Notes: a model not told the origin generated them from the sequence alone. Numbered from the stretch's first letter, positions 52,314 through 63,864 are shown. The stretch: 64,000 bases of DNA from Nostoc sp. (GCA_036918135.1 JBALDB010000056.1:416001-480000), one strand, 5' to 3'. Numbers and translations: made by a program.

Positions 52314-55300
52314 ATGAAAATCACCAAACATCGGCAGAAAATTCTTGATGCACTTCAGAAATGGTTTAGCATCCATAAACAAGGACCAACCCTAGAAGAG
52401 TTGTGTGAAGAACTCACAATGCAACCACGCCAGAAAGCAACAGTTCAACGTTGGTTGCAAACTATGTGCGGTATCGATGTGGAATGGGATGACCACAGTG
52501 CCCGCAGTCTTCGCCTCCTCACATCTGAGCCAGAAGCGCTCTCTCTAGATATATTTGTGACAGACACTCTACGGTATTTGGCTACTGGCGTAGTGCAGTG
52601 GGAAAAACTAGAGCTAGAAAAGCAAAGTCAAGTACCAGAAGCCTTTCGCATTGGAATGTCGCGTATGTACTTAACTTCGTTACTGCGGGGAGAACAAGCC
52701 TCAGAGAACCTACCGCAATTTTTTAATTGGGCGGAAACATCAATTACTTCTTGGAAACCAGCCCAAGAAATTAAATACCTTTCGCCAGATGTCAGCCTCA
52801 TAGAAGACGGAGTAGTTTCTGACTTTGCTAGAGAATGGCAAGTTTCGGGTAATGATGTGGTGGCGCAGGTACAAGAGTCGGTATTGAAAGATGTACTAGA
52901 ATACTGTCGGGGAAATCAGCTAAACGATGCCTATCGGGCTTTTCGACTACTAATCATTTCTAAACCCACTCTTCATTACTCAGAATATCGCCAACAGCTA
53001 CGTTTACCTGAACTCAAACCACTGCGGGAGTTATTGACGCAGCTAGAAATTTATATCGATATGGATAAGTTAGCCGAGAACAGCATTTATCATTTATGTC
53101 CTCGCTGCAAGTATGTTCAACGCCAACGCCCTGATGGTACTTACACTTGCCGTAACCCTTGGTGCGAAAGGCTTTGTGCAAATAGTAACCTCCAACCATT
53201 GCCATCTATTTCCAAAGAAAAAGCAGAAGAATGGAAAGCCGTTACTCCCGGCGATGTGGAATTGGGAGTAACCTTACTTCAGGAAGTAGCACCAGAAGAA
53301 CCCGCAACTTCTGTAGAAGCTTTGCTGAAAGGATATCGCTTTCCAGTTGAACAACTACAAAGCGATCGCAACTGGCAACTTATACAAAATGCTCGTTTCT
53401 ATCTGATTCAGCGCAAAGGTAAGCAGTGGTTGCGAGTGCTTCAAGAGTACATCAACTTACCTGAAATTATTAGAATCTATAGCCTTGAAGACGCAAGGAA
53501 TGTTCCTCAACTTATTCCATCCAGTATCTACCCAAGTCGTTTAGAGGAGATATATCGCCCAACTTTACTAAAAACCCCACAGCATAGACAACGAAAAGTC
53601 AACTTAGCAACTGAGGGACGGTGGTATGCCAAGATTTCCCAAAAGGGTAACTCTCCTGTTGAAGTTCCTATTGATATTCCCAAGGAAGTTGCTAATATAG
53701 CACCCTCATCTGTGGTATCCCTTCATCGCACACGGACTCAGCAGAATCCACCGTGTAGCGTTACCCGTGAGGAATTACTACTAGCTGCCCAAGAAATGGA
53801 CGATAAATTATCTCAGTTTGGGCAACAAGAAAATTATCGTAACCGCTTGGAAAATATTCTCTTCCAGCTATACGATGCTGAATCAGATAATTTCCATCAG
53901 GGTAATCAGCTGAATTTTGAGGGACTGATCCACATTGTTGGACTTTTGAATGTGGGCAAGTCTACGCTGTTGGAGATTCTGATTTACTTCTTGGCTAAAC
54001 AAGGATATCGCTGTGGGTTGATGGTGAATGATGTAGCTACAGCAGTACGTCTTGCTTCTTTGTTTTGCCACAAATTAGAAATTCCTGCTGCACCAGTGCT
54101 GGGTAGTAACCGCCAAGAACAATTGACAAAAGTCTATGAACCAATTCTCAAAAGTGAGGGTCAGGAACTTACTAAGGGAGGGATGCACCCTGCATGGCGT
54201 TGGTTTAGTCCAGTCTGCCCACTTTTAGCTTTAGTGCAATCAGAAGAGAAATGGGAATTTGGCAATGAACCGTGTCACAAGCTTTATCAAAAAGTTCCTA
54301 TAGCTGAGAATGATGATTCTGATGATGAAGACTTGCAGGAAAGCGATTATAAGCAATATACTTGTCCCCTTTATTACAAATGTCCGCGTCACCATTTAGA
54401 ACATGATATTGCTACAGCCTTAGTCTGGGTTTTCACTCCTGCTAGTTTCATTCATACTCGTGTACCCCGCCAAGGGTTTGAACAAGGCTTGACCTTTGCT
54501 GAGGCGGTTTATCGAGAATGTAAATTTCTATTTGTTGACGAAGCCGATCGCGTACAGATTCAGTTTGACGAAGAGTTTGCCCCTGATGAAGTCTTAGTTG
54601 ATGCTTCTGGAAACTCATTTTTAAATAGACTCGGACTGAATCTTGCCACGATTTATAATTCCGATCGCGGTGATATGGCAGGCGATCGCTTTGTTGCTTG
54701 GACAAGCGCACATTACCATACCCAAAATGCAACTAACCGTATCTATCACTTACTCCTTACCCACTCTAAACTCGTTGAGTGGTTGGGGCCTCTTCCCTTT
54801 ACAGGTCGTTCTCTATTTGCGCGTATTATCCGCGATCTTGTCAATCCTCCCAACATTACTGTCTCACCAAAACCGAAGCTAACTCGCCAACAACTTATGG
54901 AAGAACGGCGTCAACGCATCATTGAAGCAGACTTGGCTCCCACAGAACAACGTCGCCGCCGCAAACAAATGATGGACGAATTAGACGGATTTTTGCAATA
55001 TCCGCTCAATCGCCGTCGTGGTGGTGAACTCTCAGATTTGGCATTGACAATCCTAATAGCGGAAAATGACCGTCAAGCATTAACTGAAATTGCTCCTTGG
55101 TGTGAAAGATGGCTGGAAACTCACAATATTTCCCTACCAGATGAAGCTCAATTTGAAGAACTAATCCGAAATCTCCAATTTGCGATTTTAGTTACTATAC
55201 TCGACAACCGACTTGGTTTTTTGGTTGATAATCTGAGCGACCTTGGTCGAGTAATGAACTTGCACGATTTGAACCAAGACCTCTTGCATCGCCCACCAAA

Positions 55301-55508
55301 AGACTTTCTCCCAGTTTTACCAGAATCACCAGTAGGAAATATTCTAGGCTTTTTATATAAGCAAGAACGTAGCAATAAAAATGCTGGCAAACTGGACTAT
55401 TTTCGCTATGTAGGTGTAGGCCGTGCTTTACTGTTAAATTTCTCAAAACTGTTCGCAGTTGATGGCTGGGAAGGATGGTGTTCAAGCTGCGATCGCCTAC
55501 ACTTCTAA
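52314..55508 (+). pseudogene. pPIWI-RE module fusion ORF: HTH + Y domain + Zn ribbon joined to a truncated Z-domain/DinG-like helicase
   Basis: LexA-like HTH (GPTLEELC), CPRC...C..PWC zinc ribbon, abrupt switch at VTPG|DVELG near 53252, Walker A VGLLNVGKST, CPL motifs, Walker B VDEAD; no second RecA domain. Confidence 0.75.
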
Positions 55509-57264
55509 ATTAGGAGATCCACCGTGCTTAGGTGGTGTCAGTCCACAGGATTTAGCTAGTCTAGATCGAGCTATTGAAGCACGTCTTCCTGTTCAGAGAG
55601 TGGCTGAGGCTGAGAAGGTGACAGGTAATGTTTTCATTTTCTGGCCTTCAGATAAACCCAAAAAGAAAATTGTTCCTCTGCTTGCTGGCAAAGATAAGCA
55701 ATCTCCCAAGCCTAAAAAAGCTAAGAAATCTGAAGACCCAAATCATTCAGCTACGCCAATGCTGCGACCAAAATTAGCAGCACCAGCAGTCTATCGTAAA
55801 CTTGAAAATCCTCTTCACACCATACTGATTTTGTGGGAAACTCTTCAATGTCGCAATGCACTAATTGATGAGATTTGCAAGTTACTGTATCTATCACCTA
55901 CAAACGTAGATAATATTTATGAAGGAGTATACGGTTCCCTGTGCATCAAGACTCAACACGTTGGCGACCTCACACAAAATCTAGAAATTAAAAGTTTTTC
56001 TGAAGCAAGGAGAACTTATCAACAGCAACGTCCTGATTTATTAGCAGAACGCATTAACAAGATTACTGCATTTCTACCCCCAACAAAAGAACTAAGCGGA
56101 GCCTTAATTGAAATTAGACCTAAACCTCCCATAACTGAAGCCGATCCCAAGCTTGCTTGGCGAATTGGAGCAATAAAAGCAGGCTATCTCAATCAACATA
56201 TCCACCGAATAACTACCAAAACAGACCCGAATAAGCTAAAAAAATCTGGTTTAGAACCAGTGAAACAAGCAGTATCAGACTTACTAAGACAATTCGGAAT
56301 TTTACCGGATACTCCTTTAATTAATTCCAAAAAAGATGGAATTGATATTGATGTGTGGTTAACGTGCTTTTATGTTCTACGCCGCACCCGCAAAACAAAT
56401 GCTGAAAACATTGCCAAAACTGTTGTTTTGATGATTAGAGTTAATCCACTTACAGCAAAAGTGGAGTTGACAACACCTGATTTATTTAATAAACAAGGTT
56501 GGGTATCTTATCCTGTTGGACTTGCACATCTTTCAGATGAAGACTGGGACGCCAACTCCTACGATGAAAGTAATGAAGAACTTGATGAGGAACAAAAGCG
56601 CAAGGAGCAAACAAAAGAACAAAGATTAATCAATAAATTCGTTGCTGAATGTTTGCAAGATTGCTTAAATACTCCAATTACTGATAAAAAATCCCCGCGT
56701 GTGCTATTCATGGCAGAAGCACAAAATGCCCGCAAAATGCTGAACTGGTTACAAAACCAAAATCTACTAACTAATGACCCACTACAAACGCTGAAACAGC
56801 ACCTTTCACAAGAAGAAATAAATCGCCTCTGGATTGTGCGCTTACGAGTTGCAGATAATGGTGAAGTGCCAGTTGCTATTGTTAAAGATTCTCCTGGTAG
56901 TCGAACTAGTGGTGTTTATCGATGGCAAAATATATGTGATGATGGGGAGCGATCGCTTTACCTGAGCGTTAGAAAGCCTTTAAATACTGAAAAACACATA
57001 TTACGCACATGGCAATCTCGTCTTGACAATGGCAGCAGGCAAGCTGGAAAAGCCAAAATCTTAGAAATCGCCTTAATTCATCACCCACAAATCAAGAGTG
57101 ACAAGCTAGCTCATTTTGTCCACTCTCTCAGAAGTCGTTGGCCTTATTTTGCAAATGACGTTGTTCTACCATTGCCTTTTCCCTTTGCAATTAAGGCTAA
57201 AGAATATGCTGTCAGTACTAAAGATCCTGTGGAATTCTCAGAGACTGACGATTCTAATTTTTAA
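55459..57264 (+). CDS. pPIWI-RE protein, 5'-truncated (MID and RNase H-like domains)
   Basis: ADPKLAWR....G.LNQ MID motif, VLFMAEAQNAR, LWIVRLR...GEVP, LEIAL, PLPFPFA..AKEY; position after a helicase; N-terminal region appears missing. Confidence 0.75.
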   Translation: MMAGKDGVQAAIAYTSKLGDPPCLGGVSPQDLASLDRAIEARLPVQRVAEAEKVTGNVFIFWPSDKPKKKIVPLLAGKDKQSPKPKKAKKSEDPNHSATPMLRPKLAAPAVYRKLENPLHTILILWETLQCRNALIDEICKLLYLSPTNVDNIYEGVYGSLCIKTQHVGDLTQNLEIKSFSEARRTYQQQRPDLLAERINKITAFLPPTKELSGALIEIRPKPPITEADPKLAWRIGAIKAGYLNQHIHRITTKTDPNKLKKSGLEPVKQAVSDLLRQFGILPDTPLINSKKDGIDIDVWLTCFYVLRRTRKTNAENIAKTVVLMIRVNPLTAKVELTTPDLFNKQGWVSYPVGLAHLSDEDWDANSYDESNEELDEEQKRKEQTKEQRLINKFVAECLQDCLNTPITDKKSPRVLFMAEAQNARKMLNWLQNQNLLTNDPLQTLKQHLSQEEINRLWIVRLRVADNGEVPVAIVKDSPGSRTSGVYRWQNICDDGERSLYLSVRKPLNTEKHILRTWQSRLDNGSRQAGKAKILEIALIHHPQIKSDKLAHFVHSLRSRWPYFANDVVLPLPFPFAIKAKEYAVSTKDPVEFSETDDSNF

Positions 57265-57376
57265 CAACAATGCTGCCATTGAGATTTTGCAACCTATTAA
57301 ATCCTTGGCTGTTAACCCCAAAGATTGGTAAGAATAGGAATAAGCAGAACGTTTTCCTAAAAAACAGTTTTTCAAT

Positions 57377-58105
57377 ATGAGCAATACCAGTAATTTTCGT
57401 GAAGCTTTCCGTGAGGCTAAATCTCACGCCCTTATTGGCCCAAACGTGATTGCCAACGCCCTCCCCTACGTTGGTGGTGGATTAGTGCTAACGGCATTAG
57501 GAACTTACGGCGGTTTGGGAATTATCCGCACTAACCCCGAAATATTCTTTCCCACCTTTATTGGTGCAGTGATTCTGGAATTAATTTTGTTCTTTGTTGC
57601 CCAAAATGTTGCCCAAAAAGGTAACAGGGGACTTGCATTACCTCTGTTGGCAACCTACAGCCTCTTGTCTGGATATACTCTTAGTGGCTTAGTATTTGTC
57701 GCTTTAAGATCCCAAGGTGTTGGCATTCAAGGCATTGGTTTAGCTGCCCTTGGTTGTGGTGTCACTTTTATTGCTGCCCGTCAAATTGGTTCAAATCTTT
57801 CTGAACAAGACGGCATGGCTTTGACGAAAACCATCAATCTTGGTGTCATTGCCTTGGTGGTTGTGTGCCTTGCTCAATTTGGTTTTGCCATGTTTAATGT
57901 TTACACGCCAAATTGGTTAGAAATTGCTATCTCCGGTTTGGGGGTGTTTCTGTTTGTTGGGGTTTCTGTTGTCGATTTCTACATCTTGCCCCGCACTTAC
58001 AGCGATGACCAATATCTGCCTGCTGCTTTATCGATGTACTTAACTTACATCAACTTGTTTGTTTTTATCTTGCGGTTGCTAATTGCCATTAATGGCCGCG
58101 ATTAA
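57377..58105 (+). CDS. Bax inhibitor-1/YccA family membrane protein
   Basis: Seven TM segments; ALSMYLTYINLFVFILRLL C-terminus. Confidence 0.92.
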   Translation: MSNTSNFREAFREAKSHALIGPNVIANALPYVGGGLVLTALGTYGGLGIIRTNPEIFFPTFIGAVILELILFFVAQNVAQKGNRGLALPLLATYSLLSGYTLSGLVFVALRSQGVGIQGIGLAALGCGVTFIAARQIGSNLSEQDGMALTKTINLGVIALVVVCLAQFGFAMFNVYTPNWLEIAISGLGVFLFVGVSVVDFYILPRTYSDDQYLPAALSMYLTYINLFVFILRLLIAINGRD

Positions 58106-58144
58106 TTACCTGTAGGCACTAACAAAAGTAAAGTTTTATAAAGC

Positions 58145-58183
58145 AAAAACCGTGGTTGCTAAAAATTAAACCACGGTTTTTTT
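58145..58183. terminator. Bidirectional intrinsic terminator
   Basis: AAAAACCGTGGTT...AACCACGGTTTTTTT. Confidence 0.8.
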
Positions 58184-58363
58184 ATCTGTTTACCAGTAGA
58201 ATATGTAGATAATTTCAGCCTCAAGTGAGCAAAACTATGCTTGAATTCTTAAATATAAAAATTGAAGTAGAAAAGTTGTCTAACATCCTGGATCATTCAG
58301 TGGACTGTGTTTGACCTTCATTAAATGAAATGCAGTCTTTAGAAAGGTGAAAAAAACAATCTT

Positions 58364-58936
58364 ATGAATGAAATGACCAATAAATTGATGACAATTTTAC
58401 TTATGGTCAATGATTGGCTAAAATTTGCGGAAGCAAAAAATTCTATTCTTCTCGGATTTTCAGGGATAGGCATTACAGCAACAATCACTTACTTAAGTGC
58501 AGTAGCTAAAATACCAATATCTATACAAGTAGGGATTTTATTAACTGCGTTCTTATTATGTATATGTGCGCTAATTTGCTCACTCTCCTTTCTTCCAAAG
58601 ACTGATCTTGAAGTCATCGTATGGAAAAAGAAGAAACCAGGGAGACGATCCAAAGGTCAACCAAGTGATAATGACAATTTTCATTTCTTTGGACATCTTT
58701 ATAAATATCAGGAACATGAACTCCTAGATTCATTAAACAGGCTATACTTTGGGAATGCCATTCAAGATTTTGATAAGAAGGAACACCAAGATTTAGCCAA
58801 TCAAATTACTGTTAACTCTGAAATTGCCTATTTGAAATTTAAAATGTTTTCATGGGCACTATATTTATTAATAGCATCAGTAGCTTGTATACCTATTTGT
58901 CTAATCATCACTGTGATTGTTTTTCCTTATATCTAG
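58364..58936 (+). CDS. Pycsar-type transmembrane effector (PycTM/DUF5706-like)
   Basis: NDWLKFAEAKN, two TM helices, SFLP, FFGH, DLANQI.VNSEIA..K and a third TM helix. Confidence 0.85.
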   Translation: MNEMTNKLMTILLMVNDWLKFAEAKNSILLGFSGIGITATITYLSAVAKIPISIQVGILLTAFLLCICALICSLSFLPKTDLEVIVWKKKKPGRRSKGQPSDNDNFHFFGHLYKYQEHELLDSLNRLYFGNAIQDFDKKEHQDLANQITVNSEIAYLKFKMFSWALYLLIASVACIPICLIITVIVFPYI

Positions 58937-58998
58937 ATTCCAGACAAAAGGGGACAAGTTAAATTAATAGGAAAATTCACTTAGTTTCGTAATCTTCA

Positions 58999-59946
58999 AT
59001 GGATATATTAGATTTTATTAATGAAATTAAAGATGAAGTAAATCTCACTGTTTCCAGTAATTTCCAAATAGAAGTTATTGAAACAGAGCGAGTTCCTTCT
59101 TTTGATGATTCCAATATTACTTATTATAATCCCTTGACAAAAAGCAAGAAATGCAAAAGACTAGAGAGCTGCGTTCTCTATGTAGATATGAGAGACTCAA
59201 CAAAAATTAGTGCAGCTAAACGCCCAGCAACACTGGCAAAAATTTATTCTACATTTGTATCGAGTATGATACAAGCAGCTCGATATTTTAACGGTCATGT
59301 ACGTAATATTATCGGCGATAGAGTAATGGTTGTCTATGACAGAGAAAATTGCTTTTTGAATGCTGTTAATACAGCCATCTTGATGAACAGCATCAATCAA
59401 TATATTCTTAATAAAAAGATCAAAGATTTTGACTTTCGCTGCGGAATAGGCATTGATTATGGAAATATGCTGGTTACTAAAGCCGGAACAATTCGACGCG
59501 GTGCAGAAACAGAGTTTTATCGATCACTAGTATGGCTTGGCAAACCTGCCAACATTGCTTCTAAACTGACGGATGTAGCCAATAAAACTGCATTTAAAAA
59601 GAGTGATCGACTTCAACAAGGAAACTACTATCCGCTTACTCAGAAGTGGTCGTGGGTTGATAAATCTTACGAAGAATTTATTGATGATTTATCACCTACC
59701 TTTTCTCAAAACCTTGTCCATAAAGATGAGTATTTTAGCACATTTATTAAATCGTCTAACTTGTATTCCCAGACTCCTAGTCCCATTCTCATCACACAAG
59801 CTGTCTATGAGGGACTTAAACGCGAACACCCGAGTGAGCAAAGTATTTTCAATAATTGGTGGAACATGCAGAGCGTGAACGTACCAAACTATAATGGCAA
59901 TGTTTTTGGCGGTGATATTATTTATAAAGCTGCTAAAATACTATAA
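58999..59946 (+). CDS. Class III nucleotide cyclase (Pycsar PycC-like)
   Basis: VLYVDMRDST, IIGDRVMVV, GIGIDYG and WLGKPANIASKL motifs; adjacent to the effector gene. Confidence 0.85.
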   Translation: MDILDFINEIKDEVNLTVSSNFQIEVIETERVPSFDDSNITYYNPLTKSKKCKRLESCVLYVDMRDSTKISAAKRPATLAKIYSTFVSSMIQAARYFNGHVRNIIGDRVMVVYDRENCFLNAVNTAILMNSINQYILNKKIKDFDFRCGIGIDYGNMLVTKAGTIRRGAETEFYRSLVWLGKPANIASKLTDVANKTAFKKSDRLQQGNYYPLTQKWSWVDKSYEEFIDDLSPTFSQNLVHKDEYFSTFIKSSNLYSQTPSPILITQAVYEGLKREHPSEQSIFNNWWNMQSVNVPNYNGNVFGGDIIYKAAKIL

Positions 59947-60164
59947 CCGTAAAATTGATTTGTTTATCAAAGCTTATCTGCAACAGCTAAATCACACTAC
60001 TTCAGTGGGCACAAAAGCGCTTGATAATTTAAAGTAACTTTTGTATCTTAATAGTAAGTAGTGCAGAAAAATTTGCCCAACTACAGCTAAAATTAAAAAA
60101 CATTAAGTAGAATAAAGAGCAATTTTCCAAACCAAAGCGCTTTATCTATCATTCAGCAAGCACT

Positions 60165-61287
60165 ATGGAAGTTTTAGAACTCAAACGCGAAATCGAAACG
60201 TTGTCTAGCCGCCTGGGTAAAACCCAGGACTATCTTTGACGTACCTGCACTGACAGCTAAAATTCAAGACTTGGAACAAATATCTGCTCAACCAGAATTT
60301 TGGAATGAGCAAATTCAAGCCCAAAAAACGTTGCAAGAACTCAACGACTTAAAAACCCACCTCCAGCAATACGAACAGTGGCAAAGCAGTCTTGAAGATA
60401 CTAAGGCAGTTGTTGAGTTGTTGGAGTTAGAAACCGATGAAGCACTATTAGAAGAAGCAGAATCCACTATCGCTCGACTCAATCGTGACCTCGATCAGTG
60501 GGAGTTACAACAGTTACTTTCTGGTTCCTATGATGCTGAAGGTGCTGTACTGACAATTAATGCTGGTGCTGGCGGCACAGATGCTCAAGACTGGGCATTT
60601 ATGCTGATGCGAATGTACACCCGGTGGGCTGAAGCTCACGGCTACAAGGTGACTTTAGCCGAAGAGTCGGAAGGTGATGAAGCTGGAATTAAATCTGCAA
60701 CCTTAGAAATTACTGGTCGCTATGCCTACGGTTACTTGCGGTCAGAAACAGGCACACACCGCTTAGTAAGGATTTCACCTTTTAATGCCAATGGTAAGCG
60801 GCAAACTAGTTTTGCTGGCGTGGAAGTAATGCCGCAGATTGATAACTCTGTGCAGTTGGATATTCCAGACAAAGATTTGGAAATCACCACAACTCGCTCT
60901 GGTGGTAAAGGTGGGCAAAATGTCAACAAAGTAGAAACGGCGGTACGGGTTGTTCACCTTCCGACTGGAATTGCCGTGCGTTGTACAGAAGAGCGATCGC
61001 AGCTGCAAAATAAAGAAAAAGCCCTAAATCGCCTCAAAGCAAAGCTATTGGTCATAGCTAAAGAGCAACGTGCCCAAGAAATTGCCGAAATTCGTGGCGA
61101 TATGGTGGAAGCCTCTTGGGGAAACCAAATCCGTAACTATGTATTTCATCCATACCAAATGGTGAAAGATTTACGTACAAACACGGAAACAACAGCGATT
61201 GGTGATATAATGAATGGCGAACTTGATACATTCATCCAAGCTTATCTGCGTCAAGAAAATAAATTGGTGGAAAATACTCCTGCATAG
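60165..61287 (+). CDS. prfB: Peptide chain release factor 2 with programmed +1 frameshift
   Basis: ATG at 60165, 24 codons to CTT-TGA-C (60234-60240); the +1 frame continues with SPF and GGQ motifs. Confidence 0.97.
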
Positions 61288-61300
61288 TTGAGGATTAGCG

Positions 61301-61334
61301 ATAGATACTAAGTAAAAAAATACTTAGTATCTAT
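61301..61334 (+). terminator. Hairpin after prfB
   Basis: Perfect 14-bp inverted repeat ATAGATACTAAGTA / TACTTAGTATCTAT. Confidence 0.6.
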
Positions 61335-61746
61335 TTGTATAAGTTCGTATTTTTTAAATCTATAGGTGCTTCGCTTTCACGCAGGGTAGGGACGCGGAAG
61401 TTAGGGCAGAGGAACACAGAGTATTTCTATAGCGGTTATCAGTTCCTTGCAATACAGTCGTCACCCTAAAGAGCATTTGCTCTGGAGCAAGTGCTTCTGT
61501 GAAAGCTCGCTGTGATGGGTTGAAGCGTATTTCATCTAAACGTCTTTCAACACGAGCCAACGTCTAAGTAGTCAGACATTCTTTTCTCAAATCGATTCTA
61601 AAAATTTTTGAGTCAGGCGCAAGTGGTATAAGACCCTTAATTATTGAGGCGTTTCACCGAGAAGGCCTGAATAATATATGGGCGATCGCAACCCTATAGC
61701 AGACCCAACTGTTACAGTTATAAAAGAGTCTGCGAACAAATTAACT

Positions 61747-61902
61747 ATGAGTAACTCTCCTTCAACAGAACCTCAACCCAGCTACGTAAAACTCGCCATG
61801 CGAAATATGGTGCGTAAGGGTGGAACTTCCTTGAAGCATTTTGCGTTAACCACCATAGGACTTTTAGCCGTCCTGATTGGTCTTGCTTATCTAACTCATT
61901 AA
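61747..61902 (+). CDS. DUF3285 family small membrane protein
   Basis: PSYVKLAMRNMVRKG..SL.HF plus TM segment; typical position before ybeY. Confidence 0.85.
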   Translation: MSNSPSTEPQPSYVKLAMRNMVRKGGTSLKHFALTTIGLLAVLIGLAYLTH

Positions 61903-61934
61903 CGAAAAACTATGACTTCAGACTAGGAGAGTGC

Positions 61935-62465
61935 GTGGCTCTGGAAGTTGAATTGTATGTAGAAGATTATTTTGACGAGTTGTCCCCAACAACGTCAGTA
62001 AATTTTAGCGTCACTCATCCCCGAATTAATCCTGAAACTTGGGAAAACTGGTTTCATCGCTGGTTAGAAATACTTCAGCCTGATATTCCACCAGCGCCAA
62101 GTTATGAAATCGGGTTGCGTTTAACAGATGACTTGCAAATTCAGGAACTGAATGCTCAATATCGCCAACAAAATCAGCCCACAGATGTTTTAGCTTTCGC
62201 TGCTTTGGAAGTAGATTTTCCTCAAAGTGCAGAAATGCTTGCTTCTGGGCCGCTATATCTAGGTGATATTATTGTCTCTTTAGATACTGCAACACGTCAA
62301 GCTCAGCAGCAGGGACACAATTTACCAACTGAGTTAGCCTGGTTAGCTGCTCACGGTTTATTGCATCTGTTGGGGTGGGATCATCCTGATGAAGAAAGTT
62401 TGGAGCGAATGTTAGAACAGCAAGTAAAATTGCTGGAAGCAATAGGTATTACTCTTTACATATAA
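61935..62465 (+). CDS. ybeY: rRNA maturation RNase YbeY
   Basis: LNAQYR, PTDVLAF, LGDI and HGLLHLLGWDH motifs. Confidence 0.95.
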   Translation: MALEVELYVEDYFDELSPTTSVNFSVTHPRINPETWENWFHRWLEILQPDIPPAPSYEIGLRLTDDLQIQELNAQYRQQNQPTDVLAFAALEVDFPQSAEMLASGPLYLGDIIVSLDTATRQAQQQGHNLPTELAWLAAHGLLHLLGWDHPDEESLERMLEQQVKLLEAIGITLYI

Positions 62466-62619
62466 TAGCATTAATTAATCATACCTTAATGTTAATTTGG
62501 GGTAATACTTTTATAATACCTCTATGGAAAATTGCTTAAAAATGGCTCAAAGTTAATTAGGCTATAAACATTGACCACAATTCCCACTGTAGTAACTGTG
62601 TTTTTGTATATTTAAGTGT

Positions 62620-63075
62620 ATGTCCCAAAAAATTTCTCCACCACCAGCACCCACCTCGTTACCAAAAATCGTGAACAACGAACGGGAATTTTCGTGGAAG
62701 ATTGCTTCTAATTTATTTGTTAGTTTTAAGTATGCCTGGGCTGGAATCACTTATAGTTTTCAAACTCAACGTAATTTTCGCATTCACACGAGTGTTTGTG
62801 CTTTAGCGATTGCTTTAAGTGTTTATTTGCATTTACAAGCAGTAGAAATAGCAGTAATTGGTATAACTAGTGGTTTAGTTTTGGCATTAGAGTTACTGAA
62901 TACAGCGATCGAGTCCCTTGTGGACTTAACTGTTAAGCAGACTTACCATGATTTAGCAAAAATTGCCAAAGATTGTGCTGCTGGTGCAGTTTTAGTTTCA
63001 GCTTTAGTAGCGGTGCTAGTAGCTGCTACGCTGTTGCTTCCTCCTTTGGTAACTTTAATTATATCGGCTTTGTAA
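62620..63075 (+). CDS. dgkA: Diacylglycerol/undecaprenol kinase (DgkA family)
   Basis: SFKYAWAG, ELLNTAIE and AKIAKDCAAGAV motifs. Confidence 0.93.
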   Translation: MSQKISPPPAPTSLPKIVNNEREFSWKIASNLFVSFKYAWAGITYSFQTQRNFRIHTSVCALAIALSVYLHLQAVEIAVIGITSGLVLALELLNTAIESLVDLTVKQTYHDLAKIAKDCAAGAVLVSALVAVLVAATLLLPPLVTLIISAL

Positions 63076-63261
63076 ATCTGATTGGCGCTTGCCAAGTAAT
63101 ACCTTAAAATTTAAAATTCCAAATTAAATAATCCAATTATCCTAAGTGTCTTAGTTCTTGATTGGATGCTTTTTAACCACAAGTAGTTACTAAGCATCTA
63201 ACTATCTAAGCTATGACAATTTTATATGTGTCAGTTGCAATTTGTAATTTTTCCCTTAATT

Positions 63262-63861
63262 ATGTTAGTAGTCATCGATAATTACGACAGTTTTACATAT
63301 AATTTGGTGCAATATCTGGGAGAATTGGCAGCAGAGTTCCCAGTAGCAACCGATATTAGAGTTTTTCGCAACGACAAAATATCTATAGATGAAATTCGGG
63401 CATTAAAGCCCGAAGCCGTGGTTATTTCCCCCGGGCCTGGTCGCCCAGAAGATGCGGGTATTTCCCTAGAGTTGATCGAGCAATTGGGGCAAGATTTGCC
63501 AATCTTAGGAGTCTGTTTAGGACATCAAAGTATCGGTCAAGTGTTCGGTGGTAGAATAGTCTCTGCTCCAGAGTTAATGCATGGCAAAACCTCTCAGGTG
63601 TCTCATACTGGGGTGGGGGTTTTTCAAGGATTAGAAAATCCGCTTACCGCTACCAGGTATCATAGTTTAGTCATCGAACGCGAGACTTGCCCTGATGTGC
63701 TAGAAATCACCGCTTGGGTTGAAGATGGCACAATTATGGGAGTGCGACACCGAAACTATCCTCAAATTCAGGGCGTCCAGTTTCATCCAGAAAGCGTCCT
63801 GACATCATCAGGAAAACAGCTATTGCGAAACTTTCTCCAACAGTTACAGTCGAGAGCTTAA
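63262..63861 (+). CDS. trpG: Anthranilate/aminodeoxychorismate synthase component II (glutamine amidotransferase)
   Basis: [27 protein letters not shown] and QFHPES motifs. Confidence 0.92.
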   Translation: MLVVIDNYDSFTYNLVQYLGELAAEFPVATDIRVFRNDKISIDEIRALKPEAVVISPGPGRPEDAGISLELIEQLGQDLPILGVCLGHQSIGQVFGGRIVSAPELMHGKTSQVSHTGVGVFQGLENPLTATRYHSLVIERETCPDVLEITAWVEDGTIMGVRHRNYPQIQGVQFHPESVLTSSGKQLLRNFLQQLQSRA

Positions 63862-63864
63862 TTA

